A stretch of DNA of 63,061 bases, counting the filler, from Octopus bimaculoides (lineage: Eukaryota), in NCBI RefSeq assembly GCF_001194135.2. It is 4 parts of 4 records of this genome, joined end to end, with 100 filler letters (N's around TTAATTAATTAA, not from the genome) between each part and the next. Parts side by side here need not be neighbours in the genome. Positions count along the whole stretch, not along the records: positions 62,051 to 63,061 come from NC_068996.1; 3 more parts are not named here. The stretch is one strand, 5' to 3'. Below, in pieces: positions 63,009 through 63,061 of this stretch. Made by a program: the position numbers and the translations under genes. The notes beneath the pieces were generated by a model. It had not been told where the DNA came from and made no database searches. It worked only from the letters and a program-made list of their open reading frames with translations. Position 1 is the stretch's first letter. Each line of letters opens with the position of its first letter.

Positions 63009-63061
63009 AGGAAAATCTAGATAGTAGTCACACAGCAATGCCAAATAATAATATAAACACT

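Overview
Repeat-rich eukaryotic draft-assembly sequence, probably an octopus (inferred from the tRNA-SINE and microsatellite landscape and the protein divergence, not from a search). One host gene is clear: GTF2H1 (TFIIH p62) on the minus strand. It has nine GT-AG coding exons from 39115 to 27930 (428 codons) and a probable non-coding first exon near 53.0-53.3 kb. Its C-terminal ~120 aa were not found, and the gene runs into an artificial 44N-TTAATTAATTAA-44N join. The rest of the window is mobile DNA: several SINE families, CR1-like and RTE-like LINE relics, a Tx1/L1 ORF2 fragment, Helitron and Tigger fragments, MITEs and Penelope-type hammerhead motifs. The most interesting items are (1) an apparently complete 2.1-kb ORF1-only Tx1/L1-like retroelement with a monomeric 5'UTR and a 3' hairpin, sitting inside a SINE tRNA head with a ~16-bp duplication; (2) an intact-looking minimal type I hammerhead ribozyme plus two degenerate relatives; and (3) a 290-bp fold-back Helitron duplication. 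All alignments and structures were done by eye; no searches were run.
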